A stretch of 37,953 nucleotides of DNA, taken from positions 1-37,953 of the forward strand of contig NW_021835870.1 of NCBI RefSeq assembly GCF_006345805.1, read 5' to 3'. How positions within the stretch are numbered: position 1 is the stretch's first letter; each line of letters starts with the position of its first letter. Source of the DNA: Octopus sinensis. Lineage: Eukaryota. Positions 1-11,979 of this stretch are shown piece by piece. The notes under the pieces are model-generated. The model was given only the letters and a program-made list of their open reading frames with translations. It searched no databases and was not told where the DNA came from. The position numbers and the translations under genes are program-made.

Positions 1-55
1 GATAACAAGACCAAGTCAATGTGATATTTCTAGGACATTTATAAAGAGAAACGTG

Positions 56-103
56 GCCTTACAGATATTTCAAGGAAATAAATGATATCCCATCATCAGA
101 GAC
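56..103 (-). ncRNA. Minimal type I hammerhead ribozyme-like motif, degenerate (Penelope-like pLTR remnant)
   Basis: Minus strand reads gtct-CTGATGA-t-ggga-(11 nt)-tcct-t-GAAA-tatctg-TA-aggc. It has canonical CUGAUGA and GAAA boxes, stem I gtct/aggc, stem II ggga/tcct and a decayed stem III. Confidence 0.5.
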
Positions 104-296
104 GCGTTAAGAGTTGCAATAGAAGGAATTAGTAGAGTTCATTATATAAAAAGTTATTTTGGAAAGGAAGAGATACAGAGAGCTTGAAGAGAAGTATGAA
201 AATAAAAATACATGTTGGATGTTAAAGTTGTTCCGTTATATATAATATATATATATTATATATATATACATAGTTGAAATGCTCCTGTCACAACCT

Positions 297-340
297 GGGA
301 CCTTGAAGACTGCTTAAATGCAAGAAAGTATACTAGTCCC
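297..340 (+). ncRNA. Minimal type I hammerhead ribozyme-like motif, variant core
   Basis: Reads gggac-CTTGAAGA-c-tgc-ttaaat-gca-a-GAAA-gtatac-TA-gtccc. It has a perfect 5-bp stem I, a palindromic stem III (AGTATACT), one extra U in the CUGANGA box and a C-A mismatch at the base of stem II. Confidence 0.55.
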
Positions 341-499
341 TTAATATTTGATATTCAATATTTCATCTATTCAATAAGACAATCAATACTTCATTTCATT
401 TTACTATATATACTATTTACACTATATATTCTATATTCTACATTAATATTACAAAGAATATATATAAAACATAAAAAAAACAAAGTTGGAATTCCTTTG

Positions 500-666
500 A
501 ATAATATATATATATATATATAATGTAAATGTGTGTATGGGTATTTTATATCGAGAGTAAGAAAGAGAGAGAGAGAGAGAGAGGGGGGGGAAAGATATGT
601 ATATATGTGTATACATATATGTATGTATATATTTATATATACATTCGCATACACTCACACACACAC

Positions 667-716
<50 letters not shown>

Positions 717-1000
717 ATATATATATATATAGCAAGGTAGATAGATAAGTAAAATATATAAATATCTAACAACACTCACAGATATGCACACATAAACACG
801 TTTATATATTGATATATGTGCACATGTATTTTTCACACAAGCCTGCACACGCACACACACACAGACACAGACACACACACGCATACACATAATACATTGT
901 ATAAATATATATATATATATATATATAGTCATATATGTATGTATGTGTGTGCACACACATAAACGCGCGCGCACACACGCACATACACACACACACACAT
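500..1000. repeat. Compound microsatellite cluster (TA)n/(GA)n/(CA)n
   Basis: Directly visible dinucleotide runs; representative of dozens of similar tracts across the window. Confidence 0.95.
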
Positions 1001-1009
1001 GAGCATTAT

Positions 1010-1230
1010 GAGTGGAGCCGTGCGGTTAGGGTGTTGAACTCATGATCGTAAGATTGTGGTTTCAATTCCTGGACCGGGTGATGCATTGTATTCTTGAGCA
1101 AAATCTTCGTTTCCTGTTGCTCTAGTCCAGTGAGCTGATAAAAAGTGAGTAATCTGGTGTCACATTAAGCGAGAACTATATACACTGAAGAGTCAGGAAA
1201 ACCGACCCTCATGAGTCTCTATGACAGGGG
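1010..1230 (+). mobile_element. Degenerate tRNA-derived SINE
   Basis: A-box-like gcggttagggtgttg and B-box-like gtggtttcaattcctggaccgg, followed by a tcttgagcaaaa...ctagtccagtgagctg core-like block. Confidence 0.6.
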
Positions 1231-1294
1231 CAGGAGGTTATATTTACATTTATACACACATCACACACACTGGAATATATATATATATATAATA

Positions 1295-1372
<78 letters not shown>

Positions 1373-1410
1373 TATGTATGTATGTATACACACATATATA
1401 TGCATATATG

Positions 1411-1575
1411 GGTACAGGACGTCACCAACTGTGCAAACAACATAAAATACGTAAAAATAGAACAAGGAAGCACAGATAAAAGCCCCTTCATCAGCTGTCG
1501 GCTGCCTCATTCCGAGCACTTGTCCTTTTTTTCACGTATTTTATGTTGTTTGCAAATTTGGTGACGTCCTGTACC
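1411..1575. mobile_element. Palindromic MITE-like element, 165 bp
   Basis: Imperfect terminal inverted repeats of about 57 bp, starting with a perfect ggtacaggacgtcaccaa / ttggtgacgtcctgtacc; embedded in (TA)n. Confidence 0.8.
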
Positions 1576-1589
1576 AATATATATATATA

Positions 1590-1710
1590 TCACCGTGATC
1601 ACCGTGACCGACCAGTCTCTCAGATGTTGCTACACATCGCCGGTCACAATGCACTTCGCATTGTTTTAGCCTTCAAATGACGCCACCCCGCTGGCTAAGC
1701 GAGTAGGCCA
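1590..1710 (-). mobile_element. Interspersed repeat fragment, probable retroposon 3' tail
   Basis: GC-richer island between TA tracts. On the minus strand it ends in a tandem tcacggtga repeat, as retroposon tails do. Recognised from memory only. Confidence 0.4.
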
Positions 1711-1813
1711 ATATATATGTATATATATATAATTTATTATCATCATTCAATTGAACGCCACGCATCCATTTTTTATAAGTTTATATATATACATACATAT
1801 ATATTACAAATAC

Positions 1814-1861
<48 letters not shown>

Positions 1862-1886
1862 ATATATGTGTGAGTATTTATATATG

Positions 1887-1928
<42 letters not shown>

Positions 1929-2105
1929 TATTAATTTTCATAAGGGCTAGCGCACGAAACTCTGGAGCGTTAAATCACTTTGCTGCTACAGCTAAATACA
2001 ATATATACATATGCATGAATTCTGAATTCTGTTTCATGTTTGCCCCTCCAAACCAGTGTATGTACATGTACATGCAACACACACACTACATATATATATA
2101 TACAT

Positions 2106-2160
<55 letters not shown>

Positions 2161-2268
2161 TACACACATATGTATGTTGTATATATATATATATATATAT
2201 ATATAAATATATACATACATATGTAGTAAATATATATGCTTACCTAAATATGCATTATTTACTTCGTT

Positions 2269-2306
<38 letters not shown>

Positions 2307-2437
2307 GTATATAAAATAAATAGTTCTCAGCTGGTTTCTACAATGAATAATCGTTCAATCAAGTGAATTTATTCGCTCTGTGAGTTTACGTGTAAGTACC
2401 TGAGAACTCCGCGGCCGCATGAGTTCGGCCGCCCCGC

Positions 2438-2605
2438 CCACCACCGCTTGATAGCCGGTGTTAGTATGTTTACGTTCAATGACATAGCGGTCCAGTTAAA
2501 AAAAAAAAACTAATAGCAGTACTTGGGTCGATTCGTCCGACTATGATTCCTCAAGGCCGTGCCCTAGTATGGCTACAGTCTAATGACTGAAACAAGAAAA
2601 AGAAA
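2438..2605 (+). mobile_element. SINE family A, 3' half
   Basis: Similar to 34320-34520: ccaccaccgcttga...ggtcgatt...atggctacagtctaatgactgaaacaag tail. Confidence 0.75.
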
Positions 2606-2699
2606 AATCAAATATTTATCCAGTCAGCATGATACGTCGTATAACGACGCCGGACGTTTGAATTACAGGTACACCCTCACCCTTCAAGTCTTCTCACAT

Positions 2700-2825
2700 A
2701 ATTTTCATCTGCCCAGTTTCACCGATAAAGGCCTAGGTCGACCCAAGGTAATGATACAAGGTGCCACACATTAAGATCGAACCTACAACCTCATGAATGT
2801 GAAGCGGACCAACCCCTTAGTCATT
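2700..2825 (-). mobile_element. SINE family A, degenerate 5' half
   Basis: The reverse complement resembles 33992-34150 (ggttcgatc...gtggcacctt...ggtcgacc). Confidence 0.55.
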
Positions 2826-3035
2826 CGAAGATATTCCATCAGTACATACTTGCATATCTGCGTGTGATTACATATATATATATATATACATATATACACA
2901 CACACATACACACACACACATACACCTATTCTCCAAGTGTACATATTTGTCTATCTATCTATCTTCATCGAATCATCCATCTATACATACATACATACAG
3001 TTACTATATATATATATATATGTGTGTTACAAATT

Positions 3036-3109
<74 letters not shown>

Positions 3110-5335
3110 ATATTTGTACTTTTACACACACACACATGTGTATATATATATATATATATACATGTAGATATGTTTACAAATGTGTTTCGAGATTGGGAGA
3201 AATTATTAAATTTTATACATTTGTGCTCTCTCTCTCTCTTCTTCCCTCCCTACCGCTCTATCTCTCTCCTGAAATGTTTGAAATGTTAATTAATAAGGCC
3301 GAGATTGTTATTGTAACAAATAAATAAATAAATCTTAATTAATGCGGAGATTAAAATTCTTTTTCACTTTTTTGTCTAAACACATACACACATACACACA
3401 CACACATGCATACGTGAGTGTGTGTGTGTGTGTGTGTGTGTGTATCTGTGTGTACGTGTGTATGCGTGCCTGTGTGGGCGCGTGCTCGTGAGTGTATCTA
3501 AACAATTATTTTCCGCGAGGTAATCTGTGTTCCTAATTAAAAACAAAATTTTGGAAAATGATTTATTTGTCTTATAAGAAAATTTTAGAAAGGAGAAAAG
3601 CTTCAAGAAGAAAATATATAAAGAAACAACAATGATAAAATGAAGATATTTTATTGAAGCATAGACAGACGATTATCTCTGACAATTAAAAATATATTAT
3701 TGATTGAGTTGGGATGGGATTTGGTTGGGAAGGAAGTATATCGTCAGATAAGAAAGGGGCAGTACCATGACCTTTTTGAGGTATACTGAGAGTAATGGGG
3801 GGGGAGGGAGTAGTTTGTCTTCGTACCAGAAAGCTTCTCTGAATCTCTACAACAAGAGAGAACTCTGCTGTCGTTACCCAAGGACCAGGTACTTAAGTTA
3901 AACTGGAAGAAGGATTAATGCGATCTCAAAAGAACAGGAACAGTCCTTTTGATGGACTGCCACACAGATTCTACCAGTAGCGTAGATAGAGTGTATGCCG
4001 CTCCGACAACCCTTGATTTTGATGCTTCCAACAATGGGCCTCCAAGCCGAAGCAGTACACCCAAAAGTACCGCCCCATAATAGCGTCGTCCGAAGAAGAC
4101 CACCTTCCTATCCAGCTTCACAACTTGATTCTACTAACCAAGTTCGACTTACAAGATCTTAATAGACAAGTGGCTTTGGAAGTGCATTCATATTCAAGGA
4201 GTTACGCTGCTACATTGGATCCGAAACCACGTAATCGTGAAAGCACGCTTTTGAACTTCACGGCCTTCTCTCTGCAATTATATATGGAAGACAATTATAT
4301 ATGGAAGACGGCAAACTTATTAATCAGACAACTATGCCTGCTCCAAATGAAGAACTGAGGTTCAAATACTTTGATATGAATAAATTTTCACAAATTTGGT
4401 GTAGAGAAGGCGATTTAGCGAAGAAATTACGGGTCTCCATGTTTCACTTTATTGAGCGCTTGTTTCGGCTCACCTTATTGAGTACGTGTTTAAGCTACTA
4501 CTTAAGACTTCTGAGGGACGTAAGTCCCTCAGAAGAACTGTGACAGAAACTGGGTTACTTTCAAAACTGCACTAAATGTATATAGCATGGATTTTTGGAG
4601 ATGTACCTGTTCATTGTGATAGAGTTAATACGTTGTCCGTTTTAACACTGCCACACCACCACCACCACCATCACCACTATTAGGTATCTAACCGGATCCG
4701 CATTTGAATGAGGACTTTGGTCATATCATCGAAGTCTCCTACTATTGTCTCAGGTTAACTCAAGAAAAATTAGTTAAACGGACACGAAACATATATCGAT
4801 GATAGATTTCGTCTGTTACCCAATTTAAGATCACATTTTATTTATTTACTTTTATATATATTTATATACTTTTACTGAATGCTCACAACATTGTAGGTGA
4901 ATTTGAGACTGTTAATGTTTCGGTTCTTTCGGAACCACAATGTTACATGTACTTGGACCATGTCTTCGTTTTAAGAATAAAACATATATCGTGGTTTCAT
5001 CCGGCAATTCTTTCATCAATCTCAGAAATCTTTTAAAACGGTCATTTGACCATTCGCTTATTCGAAGTTATTAATATATAATTACTAAAAACTGATTATT
5101 TTGGTTAAGAATGTAATGAGAGAAATGATATATACGAAATCAAGATTTCATTAAAAATTGTAAATGTGATTAATTGAAAAAGTAATTTGAATTAATTACT
5201 AATTTTTATTTCCATTTGTATGCGAAGTACGAAATTTTTATGTGTTAATCTATATATGCATATACGTATGAATTTATGCATTTTTAATGTATAGATGTGT
5301 GTGTATAACTGTATGTATCCACGTATATATAGTTG

Positions 5336-5367
<32 letters not shown>

Positions 5368-5473
5368 ATGTTATATATATGCGTGCGCCATGCATCTTTG
5401 TGGGAGTATACACACGCACAAATACATACATACATACATACATACATACATACATACATACATACACACACAC

Positions 5474-5513
<40 letters not shown>

Positions 5514-5539
5514 TATATATAATATATACATACCTGCGT

Positions 5540-5760
5540 GTGTGTGTGTCTTTGTACTTGTCTTTGTGCTCCGCTACCTCTTGATAACCGGTGTGTTTAC
5601 ATCCCCGTAACTTAGCGGTTCGGCAAAAGGGACCAATAGAACTGCCAGTCTTAAGAAAAATAAGTACTGGGGCCGATTCGTACGACTACAGTTCTTCAAG
5701 TTGGTGCTCCAGCATGGCAGCAGTCTTATAACTGAAACAAGTAAAGATAGCGGATAAAAG
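5540..5760 (+). mobile_element. SINE family A, 3' half
   Basis: cgtaacttagcggttcggcaaaag...taagtactggggccgattcg...ggtgctccagcatggc...actgaaacaag matches 34376-34505. Confidence 0.85.
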
Positions 5761-6043
5761 GCGTATCATATGTAGACATGTCTGTGCACACGTCTTAACG
5801 TTTATACATAAAAATATATTCAACATGGAAAATTCAGTATTATTTTCCAAAGTTGACAAGGTAATTTTGTTGTGTCTAGGGAGAGTCATTACAGCAACAT
5901 CAATAGCACGCACATTGTGCGTGTGTTATTGATATTGGCGTAACAACCCTCCCCAGGCACATGGAGATGTGTTTCAACATACGAATTCACATAGAGAATT
6001 TTGCACACTTAATACGAAAAAGAAGTTGACAATGTAACATATT

Positions 6044-6260
6044 CGAGAGGCTGCTGAAAACTTCCTGGCTTTGGATAAAAGAAAATACAGGAAGATCAGT
6101 TAATTATGATTTTATTCAACATATTCCCCTCTCAAATTCCTACACTTATTGCAGTGGTCCTTCAGTTTTTCTAAGCCCTGTAAAAGAACTCGGAAAGCTG
6201 AGCCTCCAACTGAGCCTTTCGCTACACCCTTAAAACCACGAACTTTTCAGTACCTCCTCG
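6044..6260. mobile_element. Mariner-type MITE
   Basis: TIRs cgagaggctgctgaaaacttcctggcttt / aaaaccacgaacttttcagtacctcctcg followed by TA; a second copy in opposite orientation lies at 21179-21390. Confidence 0.75.
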
Positions 6261-6900
6261 TATAAGGTTTTGTTATTTATTAAAAAAACAAAACCTTTAA
6301 AAATTGTCAGTGAAGTACAGAACTGAAACCTTTTACTTCTTTTTATACATTTAGATTTTAGTTCTGGTCGTTGTCCACATTGTGCTTCAGTAGGTACATG
6401 ATTTAAAGCACTCCATTCATGACACTCCAATCTTTTTGTATGTCAACGACTACATTGTCTCCGCTGTATTCCTATTTATTTTAGATGGTATTTTGGATGA
6501 CTTTAGAAGAACGCTTCACAAGTCGGGCAATTTTATAGTCCACCGGCATTGACTCTTTAAAAGATTATTGCTTAATGAATAAATTAATCATACATGCGAT
6601 CCATTTTTAAAAATTAGTTTTGTTTTTGTCAACATGTATTATGAAGGGAGTATAGAAAAATTATTTGAAAAATTACTGGCGGGTCAAAAAAAAATTGTCT
6701 CTTATCGCCTACTATTTATTTCGACAGTGAGAGATAATTCTGGATATGTTTCGATGTTATTCTAACTTCAACAGCTACCGGTATGTTGTGATGCGAGAAT
6801 CACTAAGTACGTGTTTAACATTTTTATGTGACGAATACCTTTACCACAAGCCCACGTGCCTAAACACATACTTGCATACACGTAGACACATAGGTAGACC

Positions 6901-6949
6901 GACAGACAGACAGATAAATAGATAAATAGATAGATAGATAAATAGAGAC

Positions 6950-7021
<72 letters not shown>
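6901..7021. repeat. (GACA)n/(GATA)n microsatellite
   Basis: Direct observation; similar tracts at 9408-9585, 20802-20880, 23325-23400 and 31730-31850. Confidence 0.95.
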
Positions 7022-7022
<1 letters not shown>

Positions 7023-7029
7023 TGTTGTG

Positions 7030-7250
7030 GTTGTTGTTTAGCCCAAGGTCATTTCTTATCCCGCAGACCTATGTTCAAAGGTGTTGCAGTTGTGACCTAC
7101 CTGTCTTTTACCGCAAGTAGAGTACAACCGAGGATTACATTATCCGAAGTGTTGTTGTTCCGTTTCTAAGACGATAGTGAGTAGACCAAAGGAGATTTGG
7201 TAGCTATTTCTACTAAATCAACCATTCATGTAGAGGTCCCTTGTTGACTC
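7030..7250. mobile_element. Interspersed repeat, probable SINE-related fragment
   Basis: The blocks gttgtttagcccaagg and ggagatttggtagctatttcta recur at 37200-37345, and the second recurs inverted at about 7495-7525 and 23407-23432. Confidence 0.5.
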
Positions 7251-7734
7251 ACCCAATAAACAGCTAGCAACAGTAGTAGTAGTAGCAGCAGCAGCATCAG
7301 AGGTGGCAGTAATTACTGAGAAATCCATGAGGTTTTGTTTCTCTCGAGAGAGAGACAAGGATTTCAACGTCCAGAATTCTTTTCCTCGTAATCAAGGATG
7401 AATATCCAACGATAATAGCAAATACATATTGAATGCATATTAATAACTGATAAGAAAAATATCATGTGGATAGTCCTGTGTGTTTGCTCCTAGATCTGCT
7501 AGAATTAACAACCAAATTTTTCTCAAAATACACTTAACCATCATAGTCAAGAAACTTTTGTTGTTTCATGATATTTACATGACTTGAGAAAATAAATTTG
7601 GCAAAACATGGAATTGTAACCATATAAATAAAGAAAAGAAAGCGGGACTGATTTTGATAATAAAACGATGCCATAAACTCACTCAATTTTGATAGGACAC
7701 AGCTGATTACACCTACCTCACTAAAGGACTGCTA

Positions 7735-8045
7735 CTCGTTTTATTATTCCTGGGATGTTTAGAAATGTAAATTTAACTTCTGTGGGATTTGAACTCAGAA
7801 CAAATCCAACAAGTCTTTCTGTCCGTCATTCTGTTATTTCTGTCACACTACTATCATCAAGAAATAAAGATTTTTAATTTCGATATAAGGTCACATATTT
7901 GGACGGAAACAGCCGATTATATCGAATACAGAATATGAAATGCAAATTTGATATCGACGAGATTTGAAATCAGGACATAAAGAACCGGAAATAAATATTG
8001 CAAAGCATTTTATCCGACACTCTAGCGGTACTTCCAATCGAACGC
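7735..8045 (-). mobile_element. Two degenerate SINE family B fragments
   Basis: The motifs gggatttgaactcagaac and gagatttgaaatcaggac match the B-box region of the copy at 29903-30151. Confidence 0.55.
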
Positions 8046-9406
8046 GCTCGCTACAAAATTATAAGATTTTACCGGGAGGGTACAGAGACAGAAGATTGGA
8101 GGTAATGTGATAAATAAACTTGCTACCTTCTGCTTCACGTTGTATATCGTAGACATCAATTTGGGCAGATTTGGATTCACATAAGTATTTGGATGAATGA
8201 ATTGAAAACGGGAAGCTTAGATTCTCGTAGGAGTGATATATGTATTGGCAGTCATATTGTAATATAATGTGCTGGGGTTAGTTAATATTATATGTATTGA
8301 TGGAAACATAAAGGATAAGGTTTAATATTAGGAGAAATTTATTCATGTTTAGCAAGATGCCTTTAGTGGATTGAGTTTGCTACTACACAAGAGTAAAATA
8401 TTAATTAGTAAGCATAAACTTTGAAAAATCAGGATTGAAAGAATGTGAAGAAGAGATCGCCTTCTTAGAATCAACGGTATTGATTGCGTGACATTTTGAT
8501 AAGTACTCTGTTGATATACAGAGCAATCGGAACAAAGTCAGTCGACCATTTCATGAATTTGGCTGCTCAGGAGATTTCAATGGCATTTGTAAAATAAATA
8601 ACCAAATAACTAAATAAATGAATGAATAAATAAATAAATAAAGTTCATATGCCAAAGTTGATTATTATTTTTTAAGGTCTTTTTTTTTTTCTGTTCATTT
8701 CCATTTGTTATCTATTATCAAGCGTGGTTATTTTGCAAAGAGTCAACGAATAAGATGTTGACTGTTTCGAAACGAATGTAAATAGGTGTGAATGGCTGAT
8801 GTGTTTCACTGGAAGATATTTGGATGCCATAAATAGTGGAAATATCGATCGGTTTCAGTTGGAGGTATTTTCTGTTGAGTATTTTTCTCCGTTCATATAT
8901 TCACTATAAAACAGGCATTGAAACAGTCTGCCATGGTACTGCAGGACTGCAGGCGTTGAGCTTGAAACTGATGATATTGATACCAATATTACTGTTGCAG
9001 TTGCAGCTGCTGTCACTGCTGCTGCTGCTGCTATTGCTACTGCTGTCGCTGCTGCTGTTGTTGCTTTTACCAACACCAACACCAACGCCATAGTCATTAT
9101 CGCCCATAATATTTTCTAGCACAGGCACAAGATCACACGTTTGGCGATAGGGATTAATCAATTTTATCGACCCCAGTACTTATTTATTCAACACCAGAAG
9201 GATGATAGGGGAAGTCGACCTTGGTAGTTAAGATTTCTGCATGAACATTGGAAACAACTTTTTTATACTACTTTCAGTTAATGCACTGCGGCCACGCTGG
9301 AGCACCGTCTTAAGAGGTCTTTTCAGTCGATCACATCAATCACAGAACTTATATAAGTCGGAAATTTATTTCATCGAAATCCTTTTCGATGAGAGAGAGA
9401 GAGAGG

Positions 9407-9478
<72 letters not shown>

Positions 9479-9769
9479 CAGACATACGGACAGACAGACA
9501 GACAGACGTACGTACGGACGGACGGAAGGATGGATGGATGGATGGATGGATGGATGGATGGATGGATGGATGGATGGATGGATGGAGAGAGTTTAAAGAA
9601 AATACACACACAGACGAGACTCAGAAGATTATGACGTGATGGGGAGACAAACAAATAAATGATATATCAAGACATGTAAAACACCTGATGAGAAAGCTTA
9701 GAAATATCAAATAAGAGTCAAATATGTGCAATGAAAGTATCTGTGCATATATGAAAGTATGTATGTGTG

Positions 9770-9806
<37 letters not shown>

Positions 9807-9810
9807 AATA

Positions 9811-11011
9811 TTTTATCTTTTACTGGTCTCAGCCCAGGGCTGAGGTCATGCTGATGCATCACCTGTAGTTACTCGGTGCTGTTTCCGATATTGTTTATGG
9901 TGAAGTAGTGAATTGGACGGAGCTGCTTTCCTTTGAGTCCCCTGCCGCGATGTGGGTTCATTTGCTATCTCACATAGAAACCTGTCCAGTCGTTCCTTGA
10001 AAACTTCCACATCAATACCATGTAGATCTCAAAGGTTGTCCGGAAGGATATTGAACAATTGCGGGCCCTTATTTTAGATGGGGAAGACAGGATCTTTGGT
10101 ATGATTCAGTGCCGTCCAATTCGAGGATTGGTATAGCTGTCAATTCTAAAACTGGGAGCTAAATTCTCCAAGATCTTCCAAATATATATCACCGCGTATC
10201 TCTCTTGCCTTCCTTCCAGAGAATAGAGACTCAGCTCCTTTAGTCTCTTCCAGTAGCCCATCTTTTGCATCGAGTCAATCTTCTTTGTGTATTGGCGCTG
10301 GATTGCTTCGAGTTCCATAGTTTGTTTCACACTCTCTGGGGACCATAGTTGGGAGCAATAGTCCCAGCGGCTGATAATGAAAGTCTTCCATTGGAATAGC
10401 AAGGCTTCCCTTTTCCTGTTTCTAAATGTCCTCAGAATCCAGTCAGGCACTCACCTGTACAGTGTTGCCATCTTGGTAATATGCATATGGAATGTTGCAT
10501 CATTGCTCAGGTGAACCCCTAAGTCACGCACCAACTCTGACTCTGTGATCATATTTCTTATGAGGTCCAGTGTATTCCGATTTTAGCCTGGAATTGGACC
10601 GATAGTGGAGTGCCTGAAATTTCATAGCATTGAACTGCATGTTATTTTTGTTAGCCCATTTGTAGCTTTCGTTCAGGTATTTCTGTAGTGTTACGCTGTC
10701 TGCTGGATTCCTAACTGCCTGCGATAATCTTGTGTCGTCAGCATAACTGGTCAGATTGGCTGATGTACCGCGAGGGGCATGTCTGAGAGGGCCACCACAA
10801 ATAGTAGTGGCCTGTGGGGCTCCACTGAGAATTGGTTCTTTTCATAGTGAGCACCATTGGCTGCAACTGTCTGACTCCCGCCCTTCAGAAAATCATGCAG
10901 CCACTCTCCTAGTTTCCCGGTAATACCAAGGTTTCGCAGTTTGTGACATATCATGCCATGATCAACCTTGTCGAAGGCCTTGGCAAACTCGAAGTATATC
11001 ACATCTACAGT
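9811..11011 (-). mobile_element. 5'-truncated CR1-group LINE with decayed reverse transcriptase ORF2 and 3' tail
   Basis: Minus-strand translation gives VDVIYFEFAKAFDKVDHG, SYADDTRL (about 10725-10748), MQFNAMKF, DLGV, WILRTF, DYCSQLWSP, LEAIQRQYTKKI and RLKELSLYSLE, all hallmark CR1/L2-group RT blocks, broken by stops and frameshifts. Confidence 0.9.
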
Positions 11012-11052
11012 TTTGATATTTCTAAGCTTTCTCATCACGTATATCACCTCTA

Positions 11053-11091
<39 letters not shown>

Positions 11092-11092
11092 C

Positions 11093-11123
<31 letters not shown>

Positions 11124-11168
11124 CATATATAGACACCCTTTTTTCTCTCCTTGTTTTTTTCTGTGTCC

Positions 11169-11204
11169 CTTTCTGTAGAAGAGCGTAGGCTCGAAACGTA
11201 AAAG
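11169..11204 (+). ncRNA. Minimal type I hammerhead ribozyme-like motif, variant core
   Basis: Reads cttt-CTGTAGA-a-gagc-gtag-gctc-GAAA-cg-TA-aaag. It has stem I cttt/aaag, a perfect 4-bp stem II and a palindromic ACGT stem III; A6 is replaced by U and there is one extra A. It lies in a roughly 160-bp island between microsatellites. Confidence 0.5.
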
Positions 11205-11317
11205 ACTTTTTCTATTCCTGAGCGTTATATTAATACATCTGTTTGTTTAGTACACCACCTGTCTTCGTCTTTTTTTTTTTTTTCGTAAATCTGCCTATAT
11301 ATACACTTACATACACA

Positions 11318-11387
<70 letters not shown>

Positions 11388-11979
11388 TAAAGACACACAC
11401 ACGCTCACACATATACACACATACATATATATCTGTGTGTGCGTATTGACATGTACTGAGCACAATCCCCTTCCGATTGGTCTAATTTGATGTATAATAC
11501 TACTAAATATTCGATAAACAGTTAAGAATGAGTTTAGGGTAGATATGGAACAGTGTTAAACAACTGAGAAAATCTCTTAAAACAAGTATATGTGAAGATA
11601 TCGATTTATCAGCTCTGTAAATAAAACTGGCGACTTATCTTGTGGACCAGCCTGAACGAAAAAAGGCAACTGTACCTCACTGCCACAATGCACTTTTTGA
11701 TGGTTCACACTTCTGAATGAAATGGGATAAGAATTCGGACGAAATAGACGAAAAGTAAGATCTCTATATGTAAGTATTTACCTATGGTATGTTCCCGACC
11801 ATCAGTCGCAATCGAAGATGACTTGGTAGCGTATACCATGCTTTCGCTAATTCTTTTAGGTGCCTATGTAGTAACGAGAAGTCATACGCTCCTTTCCGGT
11901 CCTCCCTCCTTGACCCTGCGAAATATCAAAGACGTGACAGCTACAGAGAGCAAAAACTGCATCAGCACTGGATTCCCGC

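Noticed and set aside
1184-1205. CTGAAGAG...GAAA string
   Set aside because: It lies in a SINE body and has no stem III or UH site.
1462-1500. Minus-strand CTGATGA followed by a stem inside the MITE
   Set aside because: There is no GAAA box after the stem, so it is not a hammerhead.
2411-2432. GC-rich hairpin with a NotI site suggesting vector or linker
   Set aside because: No other vector-like sequence; it adjoins a SINE fragment and is too short to interpret.
8836-9161. Poly-Leu/Ala/Ser ORFs suggesting a signal peptide
   Set aside because: They derive from a degenerate (CTG)n tract and have no other coding support.
9685-9712. CTGATGAG...GAAATATC hammerhead-like string
   Set aside because: No stem I pairing and no closing pair for stem II.
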